Made by a program: the position numbers and the translations under genes
Notes under the pieces: generated by a model
Told to the model about the DNA's origin: nothing
What the model saw: only the letters and a program-made list of their open reading frames with translations
Database searches by the model: none
Part shown: positions 1 to 8,166 of the stretch, piece after piece
Numbering within the stretch: position 1 is the first letter of the stretch
How the letters are laid out: each line of letters opens with the position of its first letter
Origin: an uncultured Candidatus Melainabacteria bacterium
GTDB lineage: Bacteria > Cyanobacteriota > Vampirovibrionia > Gastranaerophilales > Gastranaerophilaceae
Length of the DNA: 64,000 nucleotides
Direction: 5' to 3'
Assembly (NCBI GenBank): GCA_934691935.1
Contig: CAKUTH010000001.1
Coordinates: 222,967 to 286,966 of the forward strand

Positions 1-51
1 ATAACATTTGCCCATTTATACCATTTGCAGTTATAATCATTTCTTCAACCA
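1..51 (-). CDS. 5' end of a minus-strand gene continuing beyond the window start (N-terminus MVEEMIITANGINGQML...)
   Basis: Reverse complement of 1-51 reads ATG GTT GAA GAA ATG ATT ... in an open frame to the window edge; product unknown. Confidence 0.2.
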
Positions 52-67
52 TATTATTTATTCCTTT

Positions 68-802
68 CTATATTTCATTTCCATCAACTATTAATTTTGT
101 AGGAGTAAAGGAGAAATACAAATCTCCGCTTTGTCTGCTTATAGCCTTTATTTCAGAATAATATTCATCTTCATAAAATGACATATCTATATCCGCTTTA
201 GCTTTTTTAGGAATAATTTTTGTATTTTTAATTTTAAAATCTCCAAGATTATTATCCAATTTATCGCTTATACTGATAATTCCCTCAAAAGCTTCTATAT
301 CTATATCTTTAAGATTTTCTATTTCAGCAGTTATAATTAAATTACTTTGATAATTGGAAGTTTTAACTTCCCATGTATAATTATCAAATTTTAAATATCC
401 ATCCCTTATTTTTTGTTTTTCTGCACTAATAATTTTTTGTTGTTCGGCTTCCTTGTTTTCTTCTTCTAAATTTTTTTGTATTTTTTTAATCATCTGATTA
501 AAACTTTTTCCTTCGAGGTAATCTATTTTATCTTCATTATCACCAAGTGATGCTAATTCTGCCATTGCAATTACAGCTTGAACTTTCTGATAATCATCTT
601 TTGAACTGTTTTTTCTTATTCTTTCAATTACATTGTCATAATTTTTTCGTGTTACTTTGGTATTCATAGGATTTGTTAGTAGCTTAAATGTTAAAACAAC
701 AAATGATAAAATAATTAATGAACAAATAATATAAGTTATAATTTTCCACTTACTAACTATAAAATCTTTAATTTGTGTAAATATAATTTTTAGGTTTTTC
801 AT
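68..802 (-). CDS. hypothetical membrane-anchored protein (one N-terminal TM helix, coiled-coil/Lys-Glu-rich ectodomain)
   Basis: 244-aa ORF. Hydrophobic segment IITYIICSLIILSFVVLTF near the N-terminus. No recognisable catalytic motif. Divergent from the XRE gene. Confidence 0.5.
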   Translation of the reverse strand: MKNLKIIFTQIKDFIVSKWKIITYIICSLIILSFVVLTFKLLTNPMNTKVTRKNYDNVIERIRKNSSKDDYQKVQAVIAMAELASLGDNEDKIDYLEGKSFNQMIKKIQKNLEEENKEAEQQKIISAEKQKIRDGYLKFDNYTWEVKTSNYQSNLIITAEIENLKDIDIEAFEGIISISDKLDNNLGDFKIKNTKIIPKKAKADIDMSFYEDEYYSEIKAISRQSGDLYFSFTPTKLIVDGNEI

Positions 803-961
803 ATTTTTACCTTTCTTGCATTCAAATGCAAATTTTGATTAATTTTATTTTGCAATATGCACATATACTTGCATAAAGGTAAAAGAAATTCAACTTATTT
901 TGCGGTTAAGGTTAATTCATTTTTACAAGTATTTCATAAAGAATATATTGTGAGGTGAAAA
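803..961. promoter_or_regulatory. divergent promoter region with TGCA-type inverted repeats (TTGCATTcaAATGCAA at 816-831; TATGCA...TGCATA at 856-875), candidate operators for the adjacent XRE regulator
   Basis: Inverted repeats read directly from the sequence. Location lies between divergent starts at 802 (-) and 962 (+). Confidence 0.3.
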
Positions 962-1282
962 ATGTCTGAATTAAAAAAGCTTTTAGGAAAAAGGATTAGA
1001 GAAATAAGAGTGGCGAGAAACTTAACACAAGAAGATTTATCAGAATTAACTGATATAGGCGCTTCTAGTATAAGTAAAATTGAAAGCGGTCATTTTCATC
1101 CTACTGATGAAAACCTTGAAAGAATTGCAAAAGCCCTAAACGTTGAACCTTACAAACTATATATGTTTAATCATCAGAAAGATACAAAAGAACTCCTGCA
1201 AGACATCCAAACAAAGCTAAACAAAGCAACAGATGAGGAAATAAAACTGGCTTATAAAGTTTTGAACGGGATTTTAGATTAA
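962..1282 (+). CDS. XRE-family (Cro/C1-type) helix-turn-helix transcriptional regulator
   Basis: 106 aa. LGKRIREIRVARNLTQEDLSELTDIGASSISKIESG is a canonical HTH_XRE. An RBS-like GAGGTG lies upstream. The 3' end overlaps the convergent 809-aa gene by 4 nt. Confidence 0.8.
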   Translation: MSELKKLLGKRIREIRVARNLTQEDLSELTDIGASSISKIESGHFHPTDENLERIAKALNVEPYKLYMFNHQKDTKELLQDIQTKLNKATDEEIKLAYKVLNGILD

Positions 1283-3708
1283 TTTTTTTTTTGAAACTCT
1301 GATAAAATATTAGAGTATTCGGAAATATCATTATGATCAATCCAATGTCTTGCAAAATGTGGAATATCATTTTCTTCTAACTGATCAAAATAAAAACTTT
1401 GTTGAGGTTTATCTTGTGGTTTATATTGAATTATGAAATCGCTTAGTAGAGTAAATATTTCAGAGTGTTTATCATTTTTAGATAAAAGTAGGTTTATCAA
1501 ATTAATTCCTTGATATAAAATCTTTTTATTCTTTAACTTTTCAAAATAAATAATTATATTTTGAATTAAATTTTTAATTATTTCCTTATTTCGCATATCT
1601 GCATTATTATAAGCTTGTACAGCTAAATTTACAAAATGTACAAAATCTTCTATATATAAACTAGGAAATGTTTCTGAGTTAGTATATTTTTCTAAAATAC
1701 TTAAGAAAATAGAGTAGAGTTTTTCTAATAATATACTAGATGCATCTAATAGTAATTCTTTTTGATAATTAGTAGCATTTATTCTTCTAATAAACAAAAA
1801 TATGCATTTTTGGATATTATTTAAAGCTTCTGAAATTCTATTTATACTAATAGTATTATTACTATCAAATAGTGTTTTTGCTGAACTTTCAAACAAATCA
1901 AGAAAATTAGCTATGCAATTAAAACTTCGTTCGAAATACACATTATCGTCAAAATCATAAACTAATATAGCATTATAAACTTGATCTAAGGCATTTACAT
2001 AATGCGTAATCAATGAAGAACCGTTAATTATAGCATTTTTATAAGGGGTCTTAATATATGGAGAATTGTTTAATATATCTGTAACAGATTTCAAATTCAA
2101 ATCTCTACCAATATTATTAAAAAACGTAGAAAAATCACTTGTATATGTATTATATGTTATTAGTAATTCAAAAGTTTTTACAAAAGCTTCTTTAACTTTG
2201 TTTTCAATATAATCTGTATCTATAGACATTTTTTCTATTAAATTGTACATAGCAATATTATAAAAAATGTTAATTAAATCGGTAATTATAAGGCTTATAA
2301 GATTGATACACCAAGCATTGTCTGTTACTTTTTTTGCATTGTTTAATCTCCAAATAATTTCAGCTAACGCACTTAAATCCTCTACTACTCCTGTTGCTTC
2401 ATTTATTGAGTGATTAAATATAAGTTTATGAATAAACTTTCGTAAAGAAATAATTGCATCACGAGGAGCAGAAGTGTTTTCTAAATTTATTGAAATTATA
2501 ACAAATTCTTGTGCATTTTTTTGAAAGGCAAAAAAACCAATAGTTTGTATAGTATGAAAGCTATTTTCATCAGTTTTTTCATTTATTGCACAAATACCGA
2601 TTTTCTCATTTAAATCAACAATATGTTCTGGAAATGACTGATATTTTAACTTCACAGATAAAATAAATAAATCTTTAATTTTATATGCAAGAAACTGGTA
2701 AAATTTTGTTTCAAAATCATTTTTATATAATTGATTATAGGTTCTTACAATATTAATAAGAGCATTATTACAAGTTAAAAAGTCATTTAAATTATTTGCT
2801 CTCAAGAAATTTTCAGCTTGTCTAAAAATTGGTTCTACTTGTTTTTTTAATTCTTCTATTGTTGTTTCTGAAATTGTATAGTATTTTTTTCTATTAATAC
2901 CCCAAAGTTTATATTTAATAAAATATTTTATCCCTTTTTTATTCACATCGTTAATAAGAGTTTTATCGGAAGAAATCTTCCAACTTTTAATAAAATTAAT
3001 AGTATAGATTTCATATAGTTTAAGAAGAGTATCAAAATTCATCATGAAAGATATATTAATTGCAATTGTTATTAATTTTAAAACAAGATAAATTGATGCT
3101 ATTAGGACTAATAAATCAATAAAATTATTTGAGCCTTTATAGTAAAAAATAAATGATGCTGTTGTATAAATAGCTAATATTATGAATAAGAAAATATTTG
3201 TATTTTTCCATTGCTGAAATATAGACTTAAAATCAGAATATTTGTTTTCAAAGTGTTGTAGTGTAGCAAATAAAATAGTTAAAACAATAGATGATACTGT
3301 AATAACAATTCCGATAGTTTCAAATACGGGATGTTTATTATTATTTAAAGCTGTTGGAATATTCCAATATGCATAAATATAATATACAAATAAAAATGAC
3401 ATGCTAACATCAAGTATTTTGTCAATAAATTTTGTTATTCTGAAAGGTTCTTTATTTAAGTTATGCAAAAATTTATAAATATTGTTGATAATTAAACTAT
3501 TAAAAGATGTGTTTTGCCTATATATTTCAATTAATATAACAATAGGAATTGCGATAAGAATGGCATAAATTGTAAAGCAATTAAATAAATGCAAATAATA
3601 CATTATCCCGACTATACTAATAGTTATAATAGTTCCTAAGAACAAATAAACTAAGTTGATAAGAATTTTACAACACAAAGAATTTATATTTATTTCAAAA
3701 TTATTCAT
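1279..3708 (-). CDS. large membrane protein: about 6 predicted N-terminal TM helices (first about 230 aa) plus an approx. 570-aa helical soluble domain of unknown function. Third gene of the SIR2 operon.
   Basis: 809-aa ORF. Several hydrophobic stretches (IINLVYLFLGTIITISIVGIMYY, IYAILIAIPIVILIEIY, IGIVITVSSIVLTILFATL, IFLFIILAIYTTASFIFYY, LLVLIASIYLVLKLITIAINI). The start ATG overlaps the stop of the upstream 104-aa ORF (ATGAATAA, 8-nt overlap). Very low GC. Confidence 0.7.
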   Translation of the reverse strand: MNNFEININSLCCKILINLVYLFLGTIITISIVGIMYYLHLFNCFTIYAILIAIPIVILIEIYRQNTSFNSLIINNIYKFLHNLNKEPFRITKFIDKILDVSMSFLFVYYIYAYWNIPTALNNNKHPVFETIGIVITVSSIVLTILFATLQHFENKYSDFKSIFQQWKNTNIFLFIILAIYTTASFIFYYKGSNNFIDLLVLIASIYLVLKLITIAINISFMMNFDTLLKLYEIYTINFIKSWKISSDKTLINDVNKKGIKYFIKYKLWGINRKKYYTISETTIEELKKQVEPIFRQAENFLRANNLNDFLTCNNALINIVRTYNQLYKNDFETKFYQFLAYKIKDLFILSVKLKYQSFPEHIVDLNEKIGICAINEKTDENSFHTIQTIGFFAFQKNAQEFVIISINLENTSAPRDAIISLRKFIHKLIFNHSINEATGVVEDLSALAEIIWRLNNAKKVTDNAWCINLISLIITDLINIFYNIAMYNLIEKMSIDTDYIENKVKEAFVKTFELLITYNTYTSDFSTFFNNIGRDLNLKSVTDILNNSPYIKTPYKNAIINGSSLITHYVNALDQVYNAILVYDFDDNVYFERSFNCIANFLDLFESSAKTLFDSNNTISINRISEALNNIQKCIFLFIRRINATNYQKELLLDASSILLEKLYSIFLSILEKYTNSETFPSLYIEDFVHFVNLAVQAYNNADMRNKEIIKNLIQNIIIYFEKLKNKKILYQGINLINLLLSKNDKHSEIFTLLSDFIIQYKPQDKPQQSFYFDQLEENDIPHFARHWIDHNDISEYSNILSEFQKKN

Positions 3709-4015
3709 CGTCTTTTATTAGCATACTCCTACCATTTTTATTTATTGTATATAATGTTATAAAATGAAATATAATTGTTGCTAAAGTTGCAAAAAAACAC
3801 CAAATTATAGCAAACCAAAATAAGACAGGTTTTAAGTTAAAAGAAAGAGTTAAATTTATTTGTAAGTTGTTTATCAAAAAATAAATAAATTTAATCGTAA
3901 TTATATAAAAAATTGTAGCTATTAGTATAGATAAAAAATCTAATATAAATAATTCTAGAAATTCTTTTTTATTCTTTTTTATGATAGATATTAAATTAAC
4001 AAATTTCTCTTTCAT
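3701..4015 (-). CDS. small polytopic membrane protein (2-3 TM). Middle gene of the SIR2 operon.
   Basis: 104 aa. TM segments FLELFILDFLSILIATIFYIITIKFIYFLI and VLFWFAIIWCFFATLATIIFHFITL. An AAGGAATAT RBS lies 67 nt downstream of the SIR2 gene stop. Its stop overlaps the next start. Confidence 0.6.
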   Translation of the reverse strand: MKEKFVNLISIIKKNKKEFLELFILDFLSILIATIFYIITIKFIYFLINNLQINLTLSFNLKPVLFWFAIIWCFFATLATIIFHFITLYTINKNGRSMLIKDDE

Positions 4016-4082
4016 ACATATATTCCTTTTCTTAATTATAACAAAAATATACTTAAGAAAAGATTAATTCATTCATAATATT

Positions 4083-7000
4083 TTAGATTAGTTTTTTTAT
4101 TATATCCATTATTTCTTTATATTTTTTCTTATCAGTTATGTTTTTAAGTTGCTCAATAGACTTTTCTATAAATTTATCTCGTTCATTTTGATTATTTTGG
4201 AAGTATGTTTTTACACTATCTAACGATGATGGTTTGATATATCTTAAAATTTCTATGTTTATTTCACTAAAATCAATATCATCATAATGAGAACTAATTT
4301 TTATAATCATAAGATTATCATTATAATTTTCTTTGAAATTGTAATCCATAATTTGTTCAAAATAGTTTTCTTTATATGTATCCAAATCTTCAATTAAGTC
4401 ATATATAACTTTTTTACTTGTTAATTTATTATTTTTTATAAAGTAATCAATTAAACTTAATAGCTGAAGCAAAGTTACATTATAAGGGAAATACCCAACT
4501 CTGCCAGAATTAAAAACCAACTCATTTTTTAATAATAAAAGAACTTTTTGAACTAATTCTTTATCTATTTTTACAATTTTAGAGAATATAGATTGAAATA
4601 GAATATCTACATACTGCTTAGTTGAACAATTTTCTAAAAGATTATGAGCTATACCATATAAATCATCTTGCTCAATGATAAATGGGTATATATAAGTAAT
4701 AACAAATAATTTCCAATAAGGATCATTGTTTATTTTATTAACTAGTGATAGAAATTTCTTTTGATTTTTTAATTTATAAGAATTGTTAGAACTCTTTAAA
4801 ATACCACAAATGTGTCTTAACATACAATCGTAATTAAATGCTTTTGCAACATGAGCATCTATATTTATACTTTCTTCTATTGTTAAGTACAAGAGTTTTT
4901 CAAGTTGTTCACTATTAAGAAAATCTTTTTGAGGATGATTTTTATTATAAACATCAACCAAGAAATAATATATTGTTTTATTTTTCGTATTATTAAAATT
5001 AAACTTATTTTCAAGTTCATTATTATTAACATAATTAATTAATTTAATTAAATTATCAATGATTTCAAATATTTCTTCTTGGGAAAAATCAATTTTACTA
5101 AATAATTTAAAAAACAAGTGAAATTTACTATAAAAATTATTATCAATTTTATAATTAATAAATCCAGAAATAATATTTTTATATGCATTGATTAACCTTA
5201 TTTTATCAACATCTGGTTTGTGTAATTTTAAAATTGATGGAATATCCTTTAAATTTTTCTCTATATCCTTTTTATTGCAATTTTCAATAAGCATATAAAA
5301 ATCAAAATAATCGAAACTAGGAACAACATTTGTCCCCCACATGAGTTTTTCTTTGTTAGCATCAACTTCCAAACCTGTCAAATAACTTATAAAAATGCCA
5401 TCAAAAGCTTTACGGAAAATCTTTTTGTATTCTTCATAATATTCAAAAATATAAAAATTGTAATTACTATAAGCAAAAATCTCATTTAAATATCCATATA
5501 AATCATGTATATATGAATTAGAAGAACTACCCACATTTTTTACATATCGGTATGTCGTTGATAGCTTATCATAACTATCAGTTACATTACCATAAAGTTC
5601 TTTGAAAATATCAAAACTGGTTATATATTTAATAATATCTTTAATTTCACTAGGGATAAATCGTTCAATTAAATCTTCAATATTAATTTTTAAATATTGA
5701 TCTTTTATGTTTTCAATATCTTTATCATCTGATTTAAAATAATACTTATTGTGTAGTAGCTTTCCTAAATAAAACTGATTAAAGCTTGCAATTACATATA
5801 ATATAAAATTATTATTTTTATTAGCTTCATAGGAAATTTTTTCAAATTCGTAATAAGCCTCTTTGTGTTTTCCTAATTTTATCAATAAGTAAGCTTTTTT
5901 GAATATATTAACATTGTTTTCAGAATAATCAATATCTATATTTTTAAGTTCATTATTTATACCATCGGAATTGTATAATATAATATCTTTCAATTCTTCA
6001 TTATTTGATGGGATTGGTTCTGTAGAGTATATTTTAGACCAAATATATTCTATTTTAGTTTTTTCATCTTTTGATATTTTATATAAATTTCTTAAATCAT
6101 CTATTACATTTTGTAATTTATTCTCAATTACCGTATCTTTTTCAGTTGAGCGATATTTATTATAAATATCGTATATTTGTTTTTTTATATCATCTTCAAG
6201 ATAAGAGTTATCGTATAATAATTCCAAATATTTATCATTGGAAAGATTTTTATCTATTAATACTATTTTAAATTTTAGTTCATTTAAACTTTTTATAAGG
6301 TATGGTTTTAAACCATATAGGCCATATTGCATAAATACTTTTGGATTACATCCAAATACTTTAGCTAGAATATTATTGGGAATATAATTTAAGCACTCTA
6401 AATACTTTAATTTACGATAACAGTTTTCTATATATTCGGAATTATCGTTAGAAACATTCTTTTTCTGTATAAAGTATAGTAACTTAAATAGTCTTTCACC
6501 ATGTCCTTTTTCTAAGGCTTTGAGCTTATATTTTTTATTGTAATCAATTAAAATATCATCTGATACAAATTGTTTGATATCATCTTGAATTTCATCATAG
6601 TAAAGAGAAAAAATTCCCATTTCTTTTAAGTATTCAAATTTTACTCTTTTTTCTTCTTTTGATTTGTTGATATTTTTATATTCATCAGTATTCAATAAAT
6701 ATGCTGGCTGGCATGAATTACCTAATATATCATGTATCCATTGAAATAGTTTTCTAACATTTGCATCTTCAGCTGAAAAACCTAAAAAAAGAATTGTATT
6801 TGTTGCAATTAAGCCCTTTACAAATGTTTCAATTAATTTGAAATTATTTGAATATGTGTCATAATCTCGTTCTTTTAATACAATCTTATCAAGTTCTCCA
6901 TGCATCTTTATAATTAAATTATTATTAGGAGCAATGGCAAGATCTCTATCGCAAGAAACTTTTGAATAAGGTGTTTTTGCAATACTTTCAGCTGTTTTTT

Positions 7001-7421
7001 CTAACAAATCATCATAATTTGTCGTAATTATATGTTTGGGATCTAATTCAACAATTAAATAATTGATTGGATTTGGCTCCAGTTTATTAGAAAAGATATT
7101 GTGTAATTTATTATTGTATTCTTTTTCTCCAAATTCATTAAAGTAGTATTGCGGGATTTTTAAACACTCATCTGTATTATAGTGAATTTTGTGTTTTTTT
7201 AGAATTTCTACTTGTTCTTCTGTTAAAGTTTCTTCTAGTTCCTCTGGGATTATCTTTTTTTCAATACCCAAATCTTGAGCTAGTTGATTAACTAAATCAT
7301 TCCAACTTGGCAAATTTGAATTTTGTGAAACTCCAGCTCCAACAAAAACAATTAATTTCCCTTTTTGTTGTGCTTCTTGAATTTTTTTTATACTTGTTAA
7401 TGTAAAATTCCTTAAATTCAT
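4083..7421 (-). CDS. SIR2-family (SIR2_2; ThsA/DSR-like) NAD+-hydrolase-domain protein with a long C-terminal helical/TPR-like domain. Candidate defence sirtuin.
   Basis: 1112 aa. The N-terminal approx. 260 aa carry all SIR2_2 hallmarks: GKLIVFVGAGVSQNSNLPSWNDLV (Rossmann GAGxS + PxW), IITTNYDDLLE (catalytic Asn), IIKMHGELD (catalytic His) and ILFLGFSAEDANV. The remainder is a helical repeat region. An AAGGAAG RBS precedes the ATG. The gene is first in a three-gene minus-strand operon. Confidence 0.85.
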   Translation of the reverse strand: MNLRNFTLTSIKKIQEAQQKGKLIVFVGAGVSQNSNLPSWNDLVNQLAQDLGIEKKIIPEELEETLTEEQVEILKKHKIHYNTDECLKIPQYYFNEFGEKEYNNKLHNIFSNKLEPNPINYLIVELDPKHIITTNYDDLLEKTAESIAKTPYSKVSCDRDLAIAPNNNLIIKMHGELDKIVLKERDYDTYSNNFKLIETFVKGLIATNTILFLGFSAEDANVRKLFQWIHDILGNSCQPAYLLNTDEYKNINKSKEEKRVKFEYLKEMGIFSLYYDEIQDDIKQFVSDDILIDYNKKYKLKALEKGHGERLFKLLYFIQKKNVSNDNSEYIENCYRKLKYLECLNYIPNNILAKVFGCNPKVFMQYGLYGLKPYLIKSLNELKFKIVLIDKNLSNDKYLELLYDNSYLEDDIKKQIYDIYNKYRSTEKDTVIENKLQNVIDDLRNLYKISKDEKTKIEYIWSKIYSTEPIPSNNEELKDIILYNSDGINNELKNIDIDYSENNVNIFKKAYLLIKLGKHKEAYYEFEKISYEANKNNNFILYVIASFNQFYLGKLLHNKYYFKSDDKDIENIKDQYLKINIEDLIERFIPSEIKDIIKYITSFDIFKELYGNVTDSYDKLSTTYRYVKNVGSSSNSYIHDLYGYLNEIFAYSNYNFYIFEYYEEYKKIFRKAFDGIFISYLTGLEVDANKEKLMWGTNVVPSFDYFDFYMLIENCNKKDIEKNLKDIPSILKLHKPDVDKIRLINAYKNIISGFINYKIDNNFYSKFHLFFKLFSKIDFSQEEIFEIIDNLIKLINYVNNNELENKFNFNNTKNKTIYYFLVDVYNKNHPQKDFLNSEQLEKLLYLTIEESINIDAHVAKAFNYDCMLRHICGILKSSNNSYKLKNQKKFLSLVNKINNDPYWKLFVITYIYPFIIEQDDLYGIAHNLLENCSTKQYVDILFQSIFSKIVKIDKELVQKVLLLLKNELVFNSGRVGYFPYNVTLLQLLSLIDYFIKNNKLTSKKVIYDLIEDLDTYKENYFEQIMDYNFKENYNDNLMIIKISSHYDDIDFSEINIEILRYIKPSSLDSVKTYFQNNQNERDKFIEKSIEQLKNITDKKKYKEIMDIIKKLI

Positions 7422-7583
7422 TTAACTTCCTTGAAATAATAAAACAAAAGAATATTGTAATAGTTTTTATTATTATAATTATAGCAAAAACAAGTTATTT
7501 TATTTCAGTAATTGCTTTAATTCATAAAATTTATTAATTTCGTTTAATAATAGGTTCGAATTAAAATCTATTACCTGCCCCAT

Positions 7584-7617
7584 AAAATAGACTTCGACTT
7601 TTGTCGGAGTCTATTTT
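7584..7617. other. perfect 15-bp stem / 4-nt loop hairpin (AAAATAGACTTCGAC-TTTT-GTCGGAGTCTATTTT) inside a 410-bp non-coding region
   Basis: Inverted repeat read directly from the sequence (one G.U wobble). There is no convergent gene upstream on either strand for it to terminate, so its function is unknown. Confidence 0.5.
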
Positions 7618-7832
7618 ATATGTAAGATGAGGGAGAGAACCCATTACAAGACGGAGTCTTGTTTTGGTTCGAACGCGAGGTGGCAGAGGCTAAAGCACTT
7701 TCAAGTCAATTTTAGCTACACCCATAGAAAATGCTGTGACAAAAATCGCTATCTTTATTATTACATCTTGAAACAAAAAATTTGTCATGGTATAAATGCA
7801 ACTATATCAGATTACAGATTAGGGAATTTTTT

Positions 7833-8165
7833 ATGAAAATTGCAAAGATATCTTATGGTCAAAACTTTTGTGGCAATGAAAACAATAATAGAAAATCTTT
7901 TTTGGATAATTTACATAGCCACGTCAAAAATTCAGCTGACATGACAGACACGATACTTGTTTCAAGAACAATTTTCAAAGGCTATCTTGGCATAATGACA
8001 GGCACAACCCTTGTGACGCTTGCAGGACTAGTTAACAAAGCTAAGCATCCAAAAGTTTTCAAAGGCGTAATGGGAGCAGGACTAATTGCGTCATTATACG
8101 GCACTTGGGCTTTTGTCAGACCGTTTGTTTTAAAAGACGCAAAAGGCGTTGCAAAAACTAAATAA
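7833..8165 (+). CDS. small hypothetical membrane protein
   Basis: Internal ATG with an AGGGAA RBS (the ORF-track start at 7782 is probably too far upstream). C-terminal hydrophobic segments GTTLVTLAGLV and GAGLIASLYGTWAFV. Confidence 0.45.
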   Translation: MKIAKISYGQNFCGNENNNRKSFLDNLHSHVKNSADMTDTILVSRTIFKGYLGIMTGTTLVTLAGLVNKAKHPKVFKGVMGAGLIASLYGTWAFVRPFVLKDAKGVAKTK

Positions 8166-8166
8166 G

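Noticed and set aside
5971-6271. Plus-strand ORFs of 64 and 66 aa
   Set aside because: They lie antisense inside the SIR2-domain gene. They are low-complexity products of A/T-rich antisense sequence, with no RBS.
7540-7700. Possible tRNA or tmRNA (two GGTTCGAA(T/C) T-loop-like motifs; GACTTCGAC resembling the tmRNA 5' GGATTCGACGG region)
   Set aside because: I could not assemble a cloverleaf (no complementary T-stem or acceptor arms) nor a tmRNA tag reading frame / 3' CCA context. Left as an unassigned structured spacer.
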